From contig OZ287707.1 of NCBI GenBank assembly GCA_965649825.1, forward strand, positions 736,292-800,291: DNA of 64,000 nt, given 5' to 3'. The DNA comes from Penicillus capitatus. Its lineage: Eukaryota > Plantae > Chlorophyta. This document shows, piece by piece, positions 10,063 to 21,151 of the stretch. Numbering within the stretch: position 1 is the stretch's first letter; the number at the start of each line of letters is the position of its first letter. Position numbers and translations under genes: made by a program. The notes under the pieces are model-generated. The model saw only the letters and a list, made by a program, of their open reading frames with translations. It did not search any database and was not told where the DNA came from.

Positions 10063-10777
10063 TCATGCGTTCACCTTCTTCTTCAGGTAGGGATCGCCGC
10101 CCGCCAGATCGAACTGGGGCGTGTACGTGTGTCTCCCAAACTCCTTCTCTGCCTCTCTGGCCATCTCGTTCAGGTGCGCCGAAGAGAACTTTCTCCACCT
10201 GCCACGCATGACTCAGCCGACGCGATCGACCGACGCACGTCGCCTCACCACTTGTCTCGTCTGAACAGCGTCTCGGTGGCCTTGTGGGTCGGCGACACAT
10301 CGCTCTCCTGCACGAACGCACATTCAGGCGATCCCTCGAAAGGAGCTGTGTGCCGCACGGTGTCGTCCGAGTCGCCGGACTCGATGTGCGAGGCGTCTCT
10401 CCCGTCCGAGAACGCTTCCTGCAGCTTCTGGATTACAAAAACGCTGGGCGCCGACTTGCGCGACAGCTCAGGGCGCCCTAGACAGCTCCATTCGCTCTCC
10501 GCCGCCCGCGCGCTGCCGCACCTGTGGGCAGAGCCATGGTCCTTCCCTCGACGGACTTTCGCTTGGCTATCTGCGCACCCTTCTCCAACGACCTAACGAC
10601 ACTACAGCCTCAGCGCCCCGCGCCAGCCGAAGACGGAGGCGCGGTACATGATTTCTTCGCGCAGTTCCTCCGGCAACCCTACAGGCCACACGCGTCGAGC
10701 GGGCGAATTGGCGACCGCGGCGTACCCAGCTGCGGCTTCATTGGTTCAGAATCCCATCCTGGCAACAAACTTCCCAT
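10063..10777 (-). CDS. Small green-lineage conserved protein of unknown function (MGSL..GWDS / WW..S.A.LNE / Y.PQF family), multi-exon
   Basis: Hand-spliced: MGSLLPGWDSEPMKPQL...RSLEKG...KWWRKFSSAHLNEMARE...YTPQFDLAGGDPYLKKKVNA*. This parallels a plant family (MGSLMAGWDS...GWWTRSNWAFLNEPP...YAAQF). Internal exons approximate. Confidence 0.7.
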
Positions 10778-10909
10778 CGTCGAACAGAATGTGTTGTATG
10801 GAACAAGACAAACGTAGATAGAAACACAACAATGCGGAACACGTATTCAGTCAAACGCAGAATAGATGTGTTGCATTGTAGGCTCTATGTTTTATTAATT
10901 TCCTTCTTG

Positions 10910-13900
10910 ATGAGCGATAGCGGCGCCGTGGTGACGCCAAACCGTCAAAACCTGATGGTGGATCTCTCACAAGCAGTTGTGTTCGTCCGAGAAATCTACG
11001 AAGCAGTAGATCCACATGTGGCGACAACTGTTTTTGAAGCTCTAGCACGTTTCGAGCGAAACGGCAACGCATCGTTTGTTATCAAAGTTTAGATACAATC
11101 CCTTTAGTGTTTCTTGCGTTGTGTAGAGGAGAGATTGAGAAACTTGCAAAAGTCCTCAAGCGGAATCTAAAGGGACATCGAGACCTTCTTGAAAAATTCG
11201 ACTTCTACTTTCCGAAAGTAATCAAGTGTCCGAGAATGAGAGAATTCAGAATGTTCCTCTGTATCGCTAGAAGCATTCTCTATTGCGTTCTCGACATCGT
11301 CATCGACCCTCAGTACCCAATATATCGTCACAGGTCTGTTTCTGTGATATGAAACGAAATTGACAGCGACTGCTGTAGCATGTGACTGTAAATACATCTC
11401 CTCCACTGGATGTCAAAGATGAAATTCCTGAATCAGACTTCATCCCTCCTTCTACGTCTGCCGCTGAGGTGCTGAGATGCAGTACCTTCTAGATAAGATG
11501 TTTTTAAGAGAGAACGGTGTGTTTGAGCAGATGCGTACTCCTTGTAATGAGGAGCAGAACATTCACCAGAGTTTTTGTCAATTAGAGGTAGGGATTTGCC
11601 TTGGCTGTGTTTTGGTCAACAAACTCCGTTATTCTAACAGAGAGAGATCGGAGATGAAGCTAGCATGCGGATATTTCTCGACTGTTTCCATGCGTATAAT
11701 TCAGGGGGCTTAACCCGCGCACAATTCCTGGAAAAGGTAAGCTTTATCCTTAGCGCACAGGGGGCCACCCCGAAAGGTGTCTTCTAGATTCCATCATGCA
11801 TAAAAGAAAGTCCAATATACGGCCAAGAACTTATGCAGTACCTTGACGCTCACCCAAATGTGCGTAGGACACTTGCCCTCTGTCGTACCACATGACAACC
11901 GTTGTGCTGGACTAGGATAACATGAAAGACATCATCTCATCGTATCAGATTAAAACCAAATCTCAGACATCAACACCATGTACAAAAGCTATTTACCTGT
12001 ATCCTTGTGTGAATGGAATGCTGTTCAGATTTGTCGCCTCTTGGAATGCAGTTGGAGTTGAAAGTTCGCAATCTTGAGAGACTGTAAGAAGTGCAGAAAA
12101 CGTAGAGGACTGAAAGTGTTGTTGGTTGTAGTGTGGGGGATCCGACGATTTTTGCAATCGCTGTGGAGAGCATTAAGAGATACAGCAAGGGCGAAGCGGA
12201 CTTAATGTGGCTCAAAGCTATTTTGCTTGATGAGCTACAGCACTGTTCCGAAACTGCTTGGGTATCTCTTGCTGCACAGACTCACGAACACTTCTAACAA
12301 TCGATTGCCTCGTTAGGCCTCTCTTCGAGAACTGCTTCACGAATTCGACAAGATTCATGGCTTGGACAACGAGGGACGAGCTTTCATGATGATCGATCTG
12401 AGAGTAAGTATGCGATCGCCTGGAAAAAACCAAATGCTTTTGTTCTGTCAGAGAATCGTGAGTCGTGAAGAGGATCTTCAACAGGTAGCATTGGATGAAA
12501 CTGATTTGCAGTCGTTTCAGAGATGTACGCCTTCATATGTTAAGCTCCCCCAGCATTGTGTCACATCAAACAAGAAAAGTCCATTGGCAAAAGAAGTGCT
12601 GAATGATCGACTTAAGAGCTGCTCGATCGGAACAGAGGACACAGAATCTGTATATCCGTCTGTCTTCTGCCATTTGTGTGACTGAGAGTTCTCTGGGTAT
12701 GCAGCAAGAGCGCCACAATATGTCTGAGTTCAAAATGGCAGTAATGGAAACCGAGATATGGACAGCAGAACTGAGCATCAACCGTCTTAAGTCCCTTATC
12801 AAGGTCCCCCGGCTCGGTCAGCTCTCCATCTTTAATCCTGTCGACAGAATCTGGAACGATTACTGAATTCACTGACAAATAAGGATGAGGCAGGTGCCAA
12901 GGCATTCATAAAAGAAGTGGGATTGGGAAAGACAGTTCTCCATACCACAACACTCAAGACTCTCTACAGTACGATCAGCAACTCTCATGATAGCAATGCA
13001 TCCTCTGTACGGTGTTCAGAATCGGAATATGACCGTCTCTTGGAAGCGGTTTATGAAAATCCCCGGGTCGGTGTACAGACTGTTATGGAATCGGCGAGAA
13101 GGAAGCTTCTTGAGTGGTAAGTCCCTTTCTATACCAAACACGTTTCCAGAGGCGTCTCTGTTCTAGGGAACAGGCACAGCATACACGTATCCCTGAATGG
13201 AGAGAAACCTGTCACCAACACCATCAGCGATCCTTGGATTTTACATGTCAGATCTTCCAAGATGTGAAGAACCTTCCCACTGCAAATGATCTGATGGATT
13301 GACGTTGGTTTTAACAGAACGAAAAGCGCGAACTTAGTTTCTCTGCTCAACTGAGTGAAATCAAAAAGAAATGCAAGAACGAGAAGAAAACAAAAAATGC
13401 ACATTGCGAGATCACGGATCTTCAGGATGAACTGAGTCGACCACATCTCACTTTCCACTTTAACAACAGGCAATCATCCTCTCTGATGCTGCTGCAAGAT
13501 CTTGTTTACTGTCCTCCTCAATGTAGGAACGCCGTTCGTCTGTGTTCGTGGGGGATTGTTAAGGGTCTCCACACCCGTCTCAAATCGGCACAGATTCCAA
13601 TCTCTTTTCAGTTTTGGGAATCGTTCTTGTCATTCTTCCTCGATGCAGGTGCAGATGACAAACGTTCTGATGCGCCTGGAAGTGAGATAGAGATCACTGT
13701 TTCTTGTCTCACGGCATGAATCTAGACCCTCTACCAATGCCGCAGCCTTTGTCTTTCGACAGGGCAGCAGCACAGAATGCATTGTACGTCTAAGCAACAC
13801 ATCTTTCTGCATCTCCGCATTCGAACGGATACAAAATTTAGGATTCCCAAGACAGAGAACACAAACGCCCTTGGAGTGACAGAGGAGGAAGGTGGTGAGA

Positions 13901-14922
13901 TCGTTCTCTACTGCGATGAACAGTTCTATCACATGTTTCGTCTGTTGTACATTCTCTACACAAGGTGGCCTTCTACCGTTGTGACTCTTGCTCAATTTTC
14001 TCTTCTCTGTGGTGTTCTGCAGATTTGACCTGCTCTCTGATTTACTGGTAAAGGGCCGGCAGAATGGGAAGGAACTCGAAAGCCAGGTGTTGGATCTCAT
14101 CTCTTCTTCCTTGACGGGAAATATCGATACTGACGAATATGAAGAAGAGCTCGTGGATTTGTTAGGCAAATCTGCCTTTCCTCTTTTTTCTCTTGCAGAT
14201 GTCATTGATAAAACGCTGTCGCCTATGAGGACGCTCTGGCTGAGCGATGCCATGCGGCTGTTTCACAGAGCCGTCGCCGTCAGCTGCTGTCCCGATGGAG
14301 CTCTACCTGAAGGACTCACTCTCGAAGAGCACTTTGTTCAGAAAGGCAGACGCATACCGTACATGCATGTGAATCGTTACCTACTGGAGGCCAAAGAATC
14401 TTTTCCCCAGCACATCTCCTTCAGAATTGCCTATAACTCTACAAATCATCTCTTGTCGATGCGTCACCTTCAGATAGACGCGGAGAAACTTCCCCACTGG
14501 GATAATAGAATATCTGTGGGCACGATGGGAGCGATAGGGATCCATAGAGACAAGAGGCATCCCATTTTCCTGAGAAGATCTCTGAAAGCCAGCTGTCTAC
14601 CCTCCAAGGCAGAAGACAGCAGATGGCCTCGGTATGCCAGCTTCACCGAGACCAAATCACAGTGGATCTCTACCAGAAGGGCGCATTCTTCGCGACCGTC
14701 CAAAGCTCGTCTTCTTCGCCTCACTGTCATCACACTTTCTTCATTGACGGTTCAAATACATGTGCTGTTCTGTAGGGGCCATACAATAAGGAAGAGAAGA
14801 CGTGCTGGATGGTGTCTTTGCAACGGAATCCGTCGATGCATCTTCATTTTGTAGAAAAGAAGACCTTACGTATGCTCTCATGGCTGAGAGGACGTCTTGC
14901 TTCGATGGACAATAATGGATGA
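10910..14922 (+). CDS. SIN3: SIN3-like transcriptional co-repressor (PAH domains, HDAC-interaction domain, Sin3 C-terminal domain), many introns
   Basis: PAH-like KGHRDLLEKFDFYFPK, HID CTPSYVKLPQ...LAKEVLNDRLKSCSIGTED, Sin3a_C-like YEEELVDLLGKSAFPLFSLADVI. Start and last exon inferred. Confidence 0.85.
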
Positions 14923-14948
14923 TCGAAAACCGTTTAACGACTGACCTG

Positions 14949-16425
14949 ATGGATCCCCTAGCGCTCCTCCGCGAATACTGTATGACCAATAAGCTCGAAC
15001 GCGTCGTGCAGAACGGAACGCGGATTGATTTTGACGAGCTCTACAGGTAGCTGCCTTCATGTCACCGCTGCGTCCCTCATCGGGTTTCGCAGTTTCGAAT
15101 GTTCGACGTTGACGCGATTTCGCTCACGTGGTGGATACTACACTCTGGGAACCGTGTTCTTTTTCTTGAAGAATCAGTCATCGAGTTATGGGCAGTATTT
15201 CCAGAAAGCCAGGAAAGAGAATTTGGAAACAGTGACATATGTACACAAGAAGCCACTCTTGGATTACTTGGAAGGGAAAGTGGAGACCTGCACAGAGATC
15301 GACGCCAAAATCCCAAACCTTCCTGCCAGTAGTACTGGAGCCAAACGATCTCTTGAAAGGACAGAAGAGACGAAAGAGGCATCGGACAAGAAAAAGATTC
15401 AGAAAATCGAACAAGGACCAAAACAGCCACCTGTGCCTGTGCACTCCGACGGACATCCAGACAATCCAGATGACTGGTCCATCGAGCAGATCTACGCTCA
15501 GGAGAAAGGAAGATTTAACTCCAGAGATTGCATGGTGCGTGTCTCTTCACCAATCCTCTGCTTTTCCATCGGATCTGTTTGGCAGAGGACGCATTTGAGT
15601 TTTTCAAACGTCCTGACCTTTGCCAGAGAGCTCTTGTCTGAGAAAGGAAGCCGTGGAAAGAAAGTAAGAAATCTAACCGCTTTAATGGAGATAGACAGTT
15701 GGGGGATATTGTAGGCAAACAATGCCATGCGCCAACCACGGAAGTACGTAAGGCCCATTATCCTCGTGCCACACGGTGAGAAATATCTTCGACAGTTTCT
15801 TTATCCGACTTACTGGTACTCTATAGGAATGACAGCTATTTTGAGCATGTATAATGTGAAAGAGTTTTTGGAAAGTGGTAACTATATCTTCCCCGAAAAG
15901 ATATACAAGTCTAATCCAACTCGAGAAGTTCGAATGGTACGCCGCCATTCGAGAGAAAACGAATTTTGATGTTGTGATGTTCTAGTTGGTCAATCGGACT
16001 TTTGAGAGAGATCCTGCTGTCCGCTACCTCGTTTCGGAGAAGGTGCCTCACAAAGAAGACAAAGACACATGGAAGCGTGTCTTTGCTGTCGTGGTGACCG
16101 GAAAACCTCACCAGTTCAAAGAGTATCCCTTTGAGGTCGATCCATCATCATCATCATAGAACGGCCCCAGGTCTATATCCATGTGTTTGTTCAGGGGTGC
16201 GATAAAGGCGATGTCTATGATCTCCTCCATAATCATGTGAGGGGTTTCTATTTTCAGTACCACGACGACAACTTCAGCGAATCTGAAGCGGCTACGTGGA
16301 AAGTGAAGGTCCTGACAGTACATCGATACCATCGACATGGCGACAACCTTCTCATGCAGCAGTTCTGGAGAGAACTGGATCGCTTTATCAAGGAGAAACA
16401 GTTAGATCGAGTGTTCAAATACTGA
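14949..16425 (+). CDS. CDC73: CDC73/parafibromin, PAF1 complex subunit
   Basis: MDPLALLREYCMTNKLE start, YYTLGTVFFFL, RPIILVP...MYNVKEFLESGNYI, AVVVTGKPHQFKEYPF|...VRGFYFQY...WKVKVLTVHRYHRHGD. Confidence 0.9.
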
Positions 16426-16446
16426 ATGAACTCTGCAGATGCATTA

Positions 16447-17184
16447 TCAGATCTCTTTCGAAACGATCTCCTCAGAGGTATCATCAGTAACTGGGGGAGC
16501 TGTCTCCAACAGCATTTTTAATCTTTCCTTTGCTTGTTCTCTTTCTTTCTCCCGCATTTCGGAGTAGGGAACAAGATCCTTTCTCTTGAAGTCGATCTTC
16601 TTGGACAAGAGATAGAAGAGACCTGCAATGGACAGCTGTGTAGAAGCAGGGATAAAAGAAGCAGTGGGCACCAGCTCCTGCATAGAAGACGATGATGTAG
16701 AAAACGGCGATGACGGACATCAGAGATAGAATCCAAACGGCATAGTTGGGTGTCATTGGGGCATCTTTAACGGAAGGCGACTCCTTCTCTTGTGTCTCTG
16801 TCGTCACGCCCTCTTTCTCGTCATCTGTTGCCTCGAGCTGAAGAACAAAGCAGGACACGGAATACCTCTATTCTTGTTTACTCATAACACCTTACACGCC
16901 AAGAAGGACAGCACTGCATCATATGTTTTCTTAGAGGACGTCTTGATTCTCGTTTCTGCACGAAATCGCAGAATCGCGAAACAGCAGATCCCGTCGAGTG
17001 GTGTTACAGGGTGCAGCATTCGGCAAAGCGAAGGAAGTACGGTGGACGTGCGGTGCGGCCTTCGGCAAAGCGAAGGAAGTTTGGCGGACGTGCGGTGCGG
17101 CCTTCGGTGAACGACTGCAGGTTTGGTGGACGTGCGCCATTGGAGTGGAGAAGAGAGATCCAAGCAGATGTTCCGCGATATCAT
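16447..17184 (-). CDS. Hypothetical protein, possibly plastid-targeted, with one hydrophobic segment
   Basis: S/R-rich N-terminus containing 14-aa repeats splices in frame (53-nt GT-AG intron) to LEATDDEKE..., then SIAGLFYLLSKKIDFKRKDLVPYSEMRE. No family recognised. Confidence 0.5.
17019..17144. repeat. 42-bp tandem repeat, 2 near-perfect units plus 1 degenerate
   Basis: TTCGGCAAAGCGAAGGAAGT(AC/TT)GG(T/C)GGACGTGCGGTGCGGCC at 17019-17060 and 17061-17102, degenerate third unit at 17103-17144. Confidence 0.9.
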
Positions 17185-17450
17185 GTCTAATCTGCGCGCA
17201 CCGTCACGATGCAGACATCAATGGATCCATGTCTCTATGTCCCCTGATAATCTCCTAGAATCTTAAACCACGCATCCGAGAGACATACACGATTCTCTTC
17301 TTGGCAGACTCCTTCATACGAATCGAATCTCGTAGAAATGCTGATGCTTGGAGTATGTTATGCTTGCAATGACTTATGTGGCATGATGGATGAAGTGGAA
17401 GTGGAGTGTCCAAAGATCGTTCGTCGTTTGTGTACATCGTTGCGACTGTC

Positions 17451-18985
17451 TTACAAAAAGAAATCATTCTGCTTCGTTCTTAACAACTCCGGATCTTTCA
17501 AGGCGTTTCGAGCTTTGCCGATATCTGTCTGGATCTGTGAGAGCAGTTCCTCAACACCGGAGAACTTGAGTTCTGGCCGAAGAAATCCGAGGATTGCGAT
17601 TTTGAGAGTCTTTCCATAGAACTCCTCTTCGAAGGAATGAACCAGATGGGCTTCCAAACTGATCTCTTCGTCCTGCCCCTTCATGGTTGGACAGGTGCCG
17701 AGATTCAAAACGGCTGCACAGATCTCCTCCGAGAGACCATCGACAATCTTGGCCCATCTAAAGAATACATCCTCCTTAGCCAACTGTTGACTGAATGCGT
17801 GCACTCAAAGAGTCACCCAAAATAGACTCCTTTGGGTCGATCTTTGAGAAGATCCCGGAAGCTGTCTGGACGAAGATTTGCTGTAGGGATTCCGAGCTTT
17901 GCACTTCCAATGCCTCTTCCCAAAATAACTTCCCCCTCAACAAACAATGGCGTCCCCTCGAGATGGTAATTCTCCGGGACCTGCGCACACCCAGTGTTTG
18001 AAAGCAGTTGTCAGAATGGGATTGAAACCTGTAAGACAGTGATGTAGAGATGGGGATCGTCTCGATAAGACTTCACAGAAAGAGGCAGATCTGCAATCAT
18101 CCTGTTCCATTCTTCCAAGGTCGGCAATGGATAAGGAACGTTATCTGGGTGCCGTTGATGCAGTTCTGCTAGCCACTGACGTCCCAGAGGATGGCTGACG
18201 ACCATTTGACCTCTAAACCCACGAATTTGCGTTTATCCGATACAAGGAAAACGACTTTGGGGAAAGCATTGAGATTGCTTTTAGCATGACCTCCCTCTGA
18301 GAGTAGAAATTCCCAAACACAGCATTGAAGATGAGCACATCGAAGGGACCCATATAGTTGGGAAGTTCCACAAAATCTCCTTTCCACGAGCGCACACCTG
18401 CCGTCTGCATGGATTCGTTCGTGTACATCCATTTCATGTTGGTCGACCTGGGACATTGCCTTGTTTCGGAGCAGCTGGGAATTTTTCATGAAGTCTTTCA
18501 AGCATTTTCTTCGAGAGGTCGACGGCAAGGATATCTTGAATGCCACATTCATGCAGAAAGGGAATCAAACTGCCCGTTCCGCATCCAACGTCCAAGACGC
18601 GAGGTGACTCGGGCAGTGGTAGTGGACTGGCCGCGATTTCGCATAGCCTCTAGTCAAGAGCATCTATCAGCTGGTAAGACGCCTGGATCGAATGCAGACC
18701 CCGTGAACTTCAGGTTCGACAATGTCTTGAATCTCTACGTATTTCTTTTGATCAAAAAATGCTTCCTGCTTTTTATTGAATTCTTCTTTAGTTATGCTAG
18801 AAGAATTGACAGACAAGAGTTCTCGAGATCGGCCAAGACGCGTTTGATATCCCTACACGCATGCTTAAGTGCACTCTTGCTTACGGAGCCTCCGTTTTCA
18901 AGCCTACGTGCTGCAGAAATGGGACTTTGGCATATAAATGCGAAATCGGCTCAGAGACTCGTAAGCGAGACAACGGTGAACGCAT
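17451..18985 (-). CDS. Fusion: class I SAM methyltransferase-like domain plus riboflavin kinase (Flavokinase) domain
   Basis: RVLDVGCGTGSLIPFL...LAVDLSKKML...FDVLIFNAVFGN...VVSHPLGRQW joins through a 48-nt GT-AG intron (17981-18028) in frame to GEVILGRGIGSAKLGIPTANL...KGVYFG...SLEAHLVHSFEEEFYG...FLRPELKF. Confidence 0.88.
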
Positions 18986-19099
18986 AGCACGTCTTCTGAT
19001 ACAACGTCAATAAAATGCAATAAATCGTCATTACATGAACCATCTTCATCGAGCAAACGCCAGCTGCAATTTCTTTCTGCGACGACCCACAACTGCACG

Positions 19100-20156
19100 A
19101 TGGACTATGCTGCCGAACAAGAAATGGAAATCGAAGCCCTCGAGGCCATCTTTGGAGAGAGCTTACAAAGTGCATTTGCTGGATGACGGAAAATGAACCA
19201 CAAGGACGCTGTGTATGGTGGACAGAATACAGCGGCACTGTCCCCGATGGATGGAGAGGAGATGCTATCTACAAAGTGATCCTCAAACCCACTGATGAAG
19301 ATGAACAAGTGGAACGCTCGAGTGCAGCTACATACACCTATCTTCACTCACTAAAGAGGCGTTCTGCTTCTAGTGGCCCTGGATGTCCTCTTTGCTTATA
19401 CAGAGACATATCCAGACGAAGCACCTCGTATTCGAATACAAAGGCAGGAGGGGAATGATACCGAGAGAACCCTTTGTGATGTGACTGGCTGTTTAGCTCT
19501 TATGGTTTATCGGACGATGAAGTGGCAGAGGTTCGATCAGTGGTCGACGACGAGGTGCAGATGAATCTTGGCATGGCTATGATGTTTCATATTTTCGAAA
19601 CAGCAAAGGAATGGTTGAGAAACAGAGTATGGAGATTTGGCACAGCAGATGGCTTTTCTGTTTTGAGCATTTGTGTCACAGGCGAATGTGGATGCCACGT
19701 TTTCGCTGACAGAGGAAGAGAAGAAGCGATTGCGCGAAGAGGAAGAAGAAAAGAGAATGGCTGAGCAACGATCCCATGGGATTCCAGTCTCTGTCGAGAG
19801 TTTCGCAACGTGGAAGGTCACCTTCGATGAAGAAATGCGAAAACTGGCTGCCAAGTGCGCATGTCACACAACGATACCATTTCTCCTGGCATTCCTGCAG
19901 AAAACAAAAAACTCGCGATCCACGCTTCTCCCTGCCAACAGGGAAAGAACTCTTCATGCAGCGCCTCGCCCATTGCAAAGATGACGAGCTGGAAGATGCA
20001 GAAGACGAGGATGAAGAAGACTATGATGAGGATGACGACGAGGGTGCGTCAGTTATGCTTTATGCATTCATCAATCACACAAGACGTGGACTGACTCTCT
20101 GTCTTTTCTTAGATGAGGAAGATTGGACAGATGCGTATCTGGCACAAAATGCTTAG
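19100..20156 (+). CDS. RWD domain protein (RWDD1/Gir2-like)
   Basis: MDYAAEQEMEIEALEAIFG, FAYTETYPDEAP, NLGMAMMFHIFETAKEWL, SHGIPVSVESFATWKVTFDEE, LPTGKELF, acidic tail. Confidence 0.87.
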
Positions 20157-20164
20157 AGTTGATC

Positions 20165-21085
20165 ATGAGCGTCTGTTATCCTTGTCGTGATGCAGTTGAG
20201 TGTAAACGCCGCACGGCCGGGTCCACATCGTGGCAGCGTTGTTCGATCGATCGAGCCATCTCCGATAAGAACCAGTCGGGTTACCTGTTGCGCAGGGCCT
20301 CGTCTCGCTTCGGTCGTGCAGCGATCCCCGCTCGCCGACGTGCAACCCCAACGGGCGCACTTCATTGGCGAAGGTGTTTGTTTGTGCAGGTCGGTTGGCT
20401 ATCGAGCAATCCCGTTGTTGAGGATGTCGAAGATGTTTTTGTTTGCCACGGCCTCGCAACAAAGAAAGAGAAACGGGAAAGAAGACGAGAGATCGAAGCT
20501 GCCAAAGAACCTGAGGCGATGGCCATTCTCCGTTTCGCGCGAGGATCTCCACACAAAGTACTATCACCACCTACCTCCCTGTTCATTCCTTTCGTTGCCA
20601 TCATTTGCATGCCTAGATGCGAAGAGTGATTGACACGATCAGAGGGCGCAGCTATGAAGAGGCACTCGTTCTCTTAGAATACCTGCCTTATCGAGCGACA
20701 GAGCCTATCCTGAAAACCCTGCTTTCAGTAGAGAGCATACATCGTCCGTGCACCACGAGAGATGTATGTGTGCGTGTTTAGGCGGCGGCAAATGCTAAAC
20801 ACAATTTGGGAATGAAAAAGACGAGGCTGTATGTCAGCACATGTTATGTTGACGAAGCACCCACTTTCAAGCGATTCCGATGTCGAGCGAAAGGAAGGTT
20901 ATGCTTTCGGGTTCCACTACCTGCATCATGATAATAATGGTGTCCAATACAGGCCAGCCCAGATTTTGAAGCGCAACAGTCACATCACCATCAAAGTCAA
21001 GGAAAGAGATACGGAAGAGGCAGCAGATGCAGAAGCTGAGGAGGTGGAGAACACAGAACTGGTGCAAAAGGCAGAGCAGGAGTAG
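20165..21085 (+). CDS. RPL22: Plastid ribosomal protein uL22, nucleus-encoded with transit peptide
   Basis: Spliced [15 protein letters not shown]|[37 protein letters not shown]|[10 protein letters not shown]...RCRAKGR|[15 protein letters not shown]. Start at 20165 or 20190. Confidence 0.93.
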
Positions 21086-21151
21086 AGGAATGAATCTATT
21101 TCGATGCCTCCCTTTTCTGTTGAACGCCGCTTTTGAGTGAGAACTTATCGG

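Noticed and set aside
8930-10596. ORFs 8930-9634 (-), 8923-9513 (+) and 9925-10596 (+)
   Set aside because: Shadow or alternate frames of the methyltransferase and of the spliced minus-strand gene at 10063-10777.
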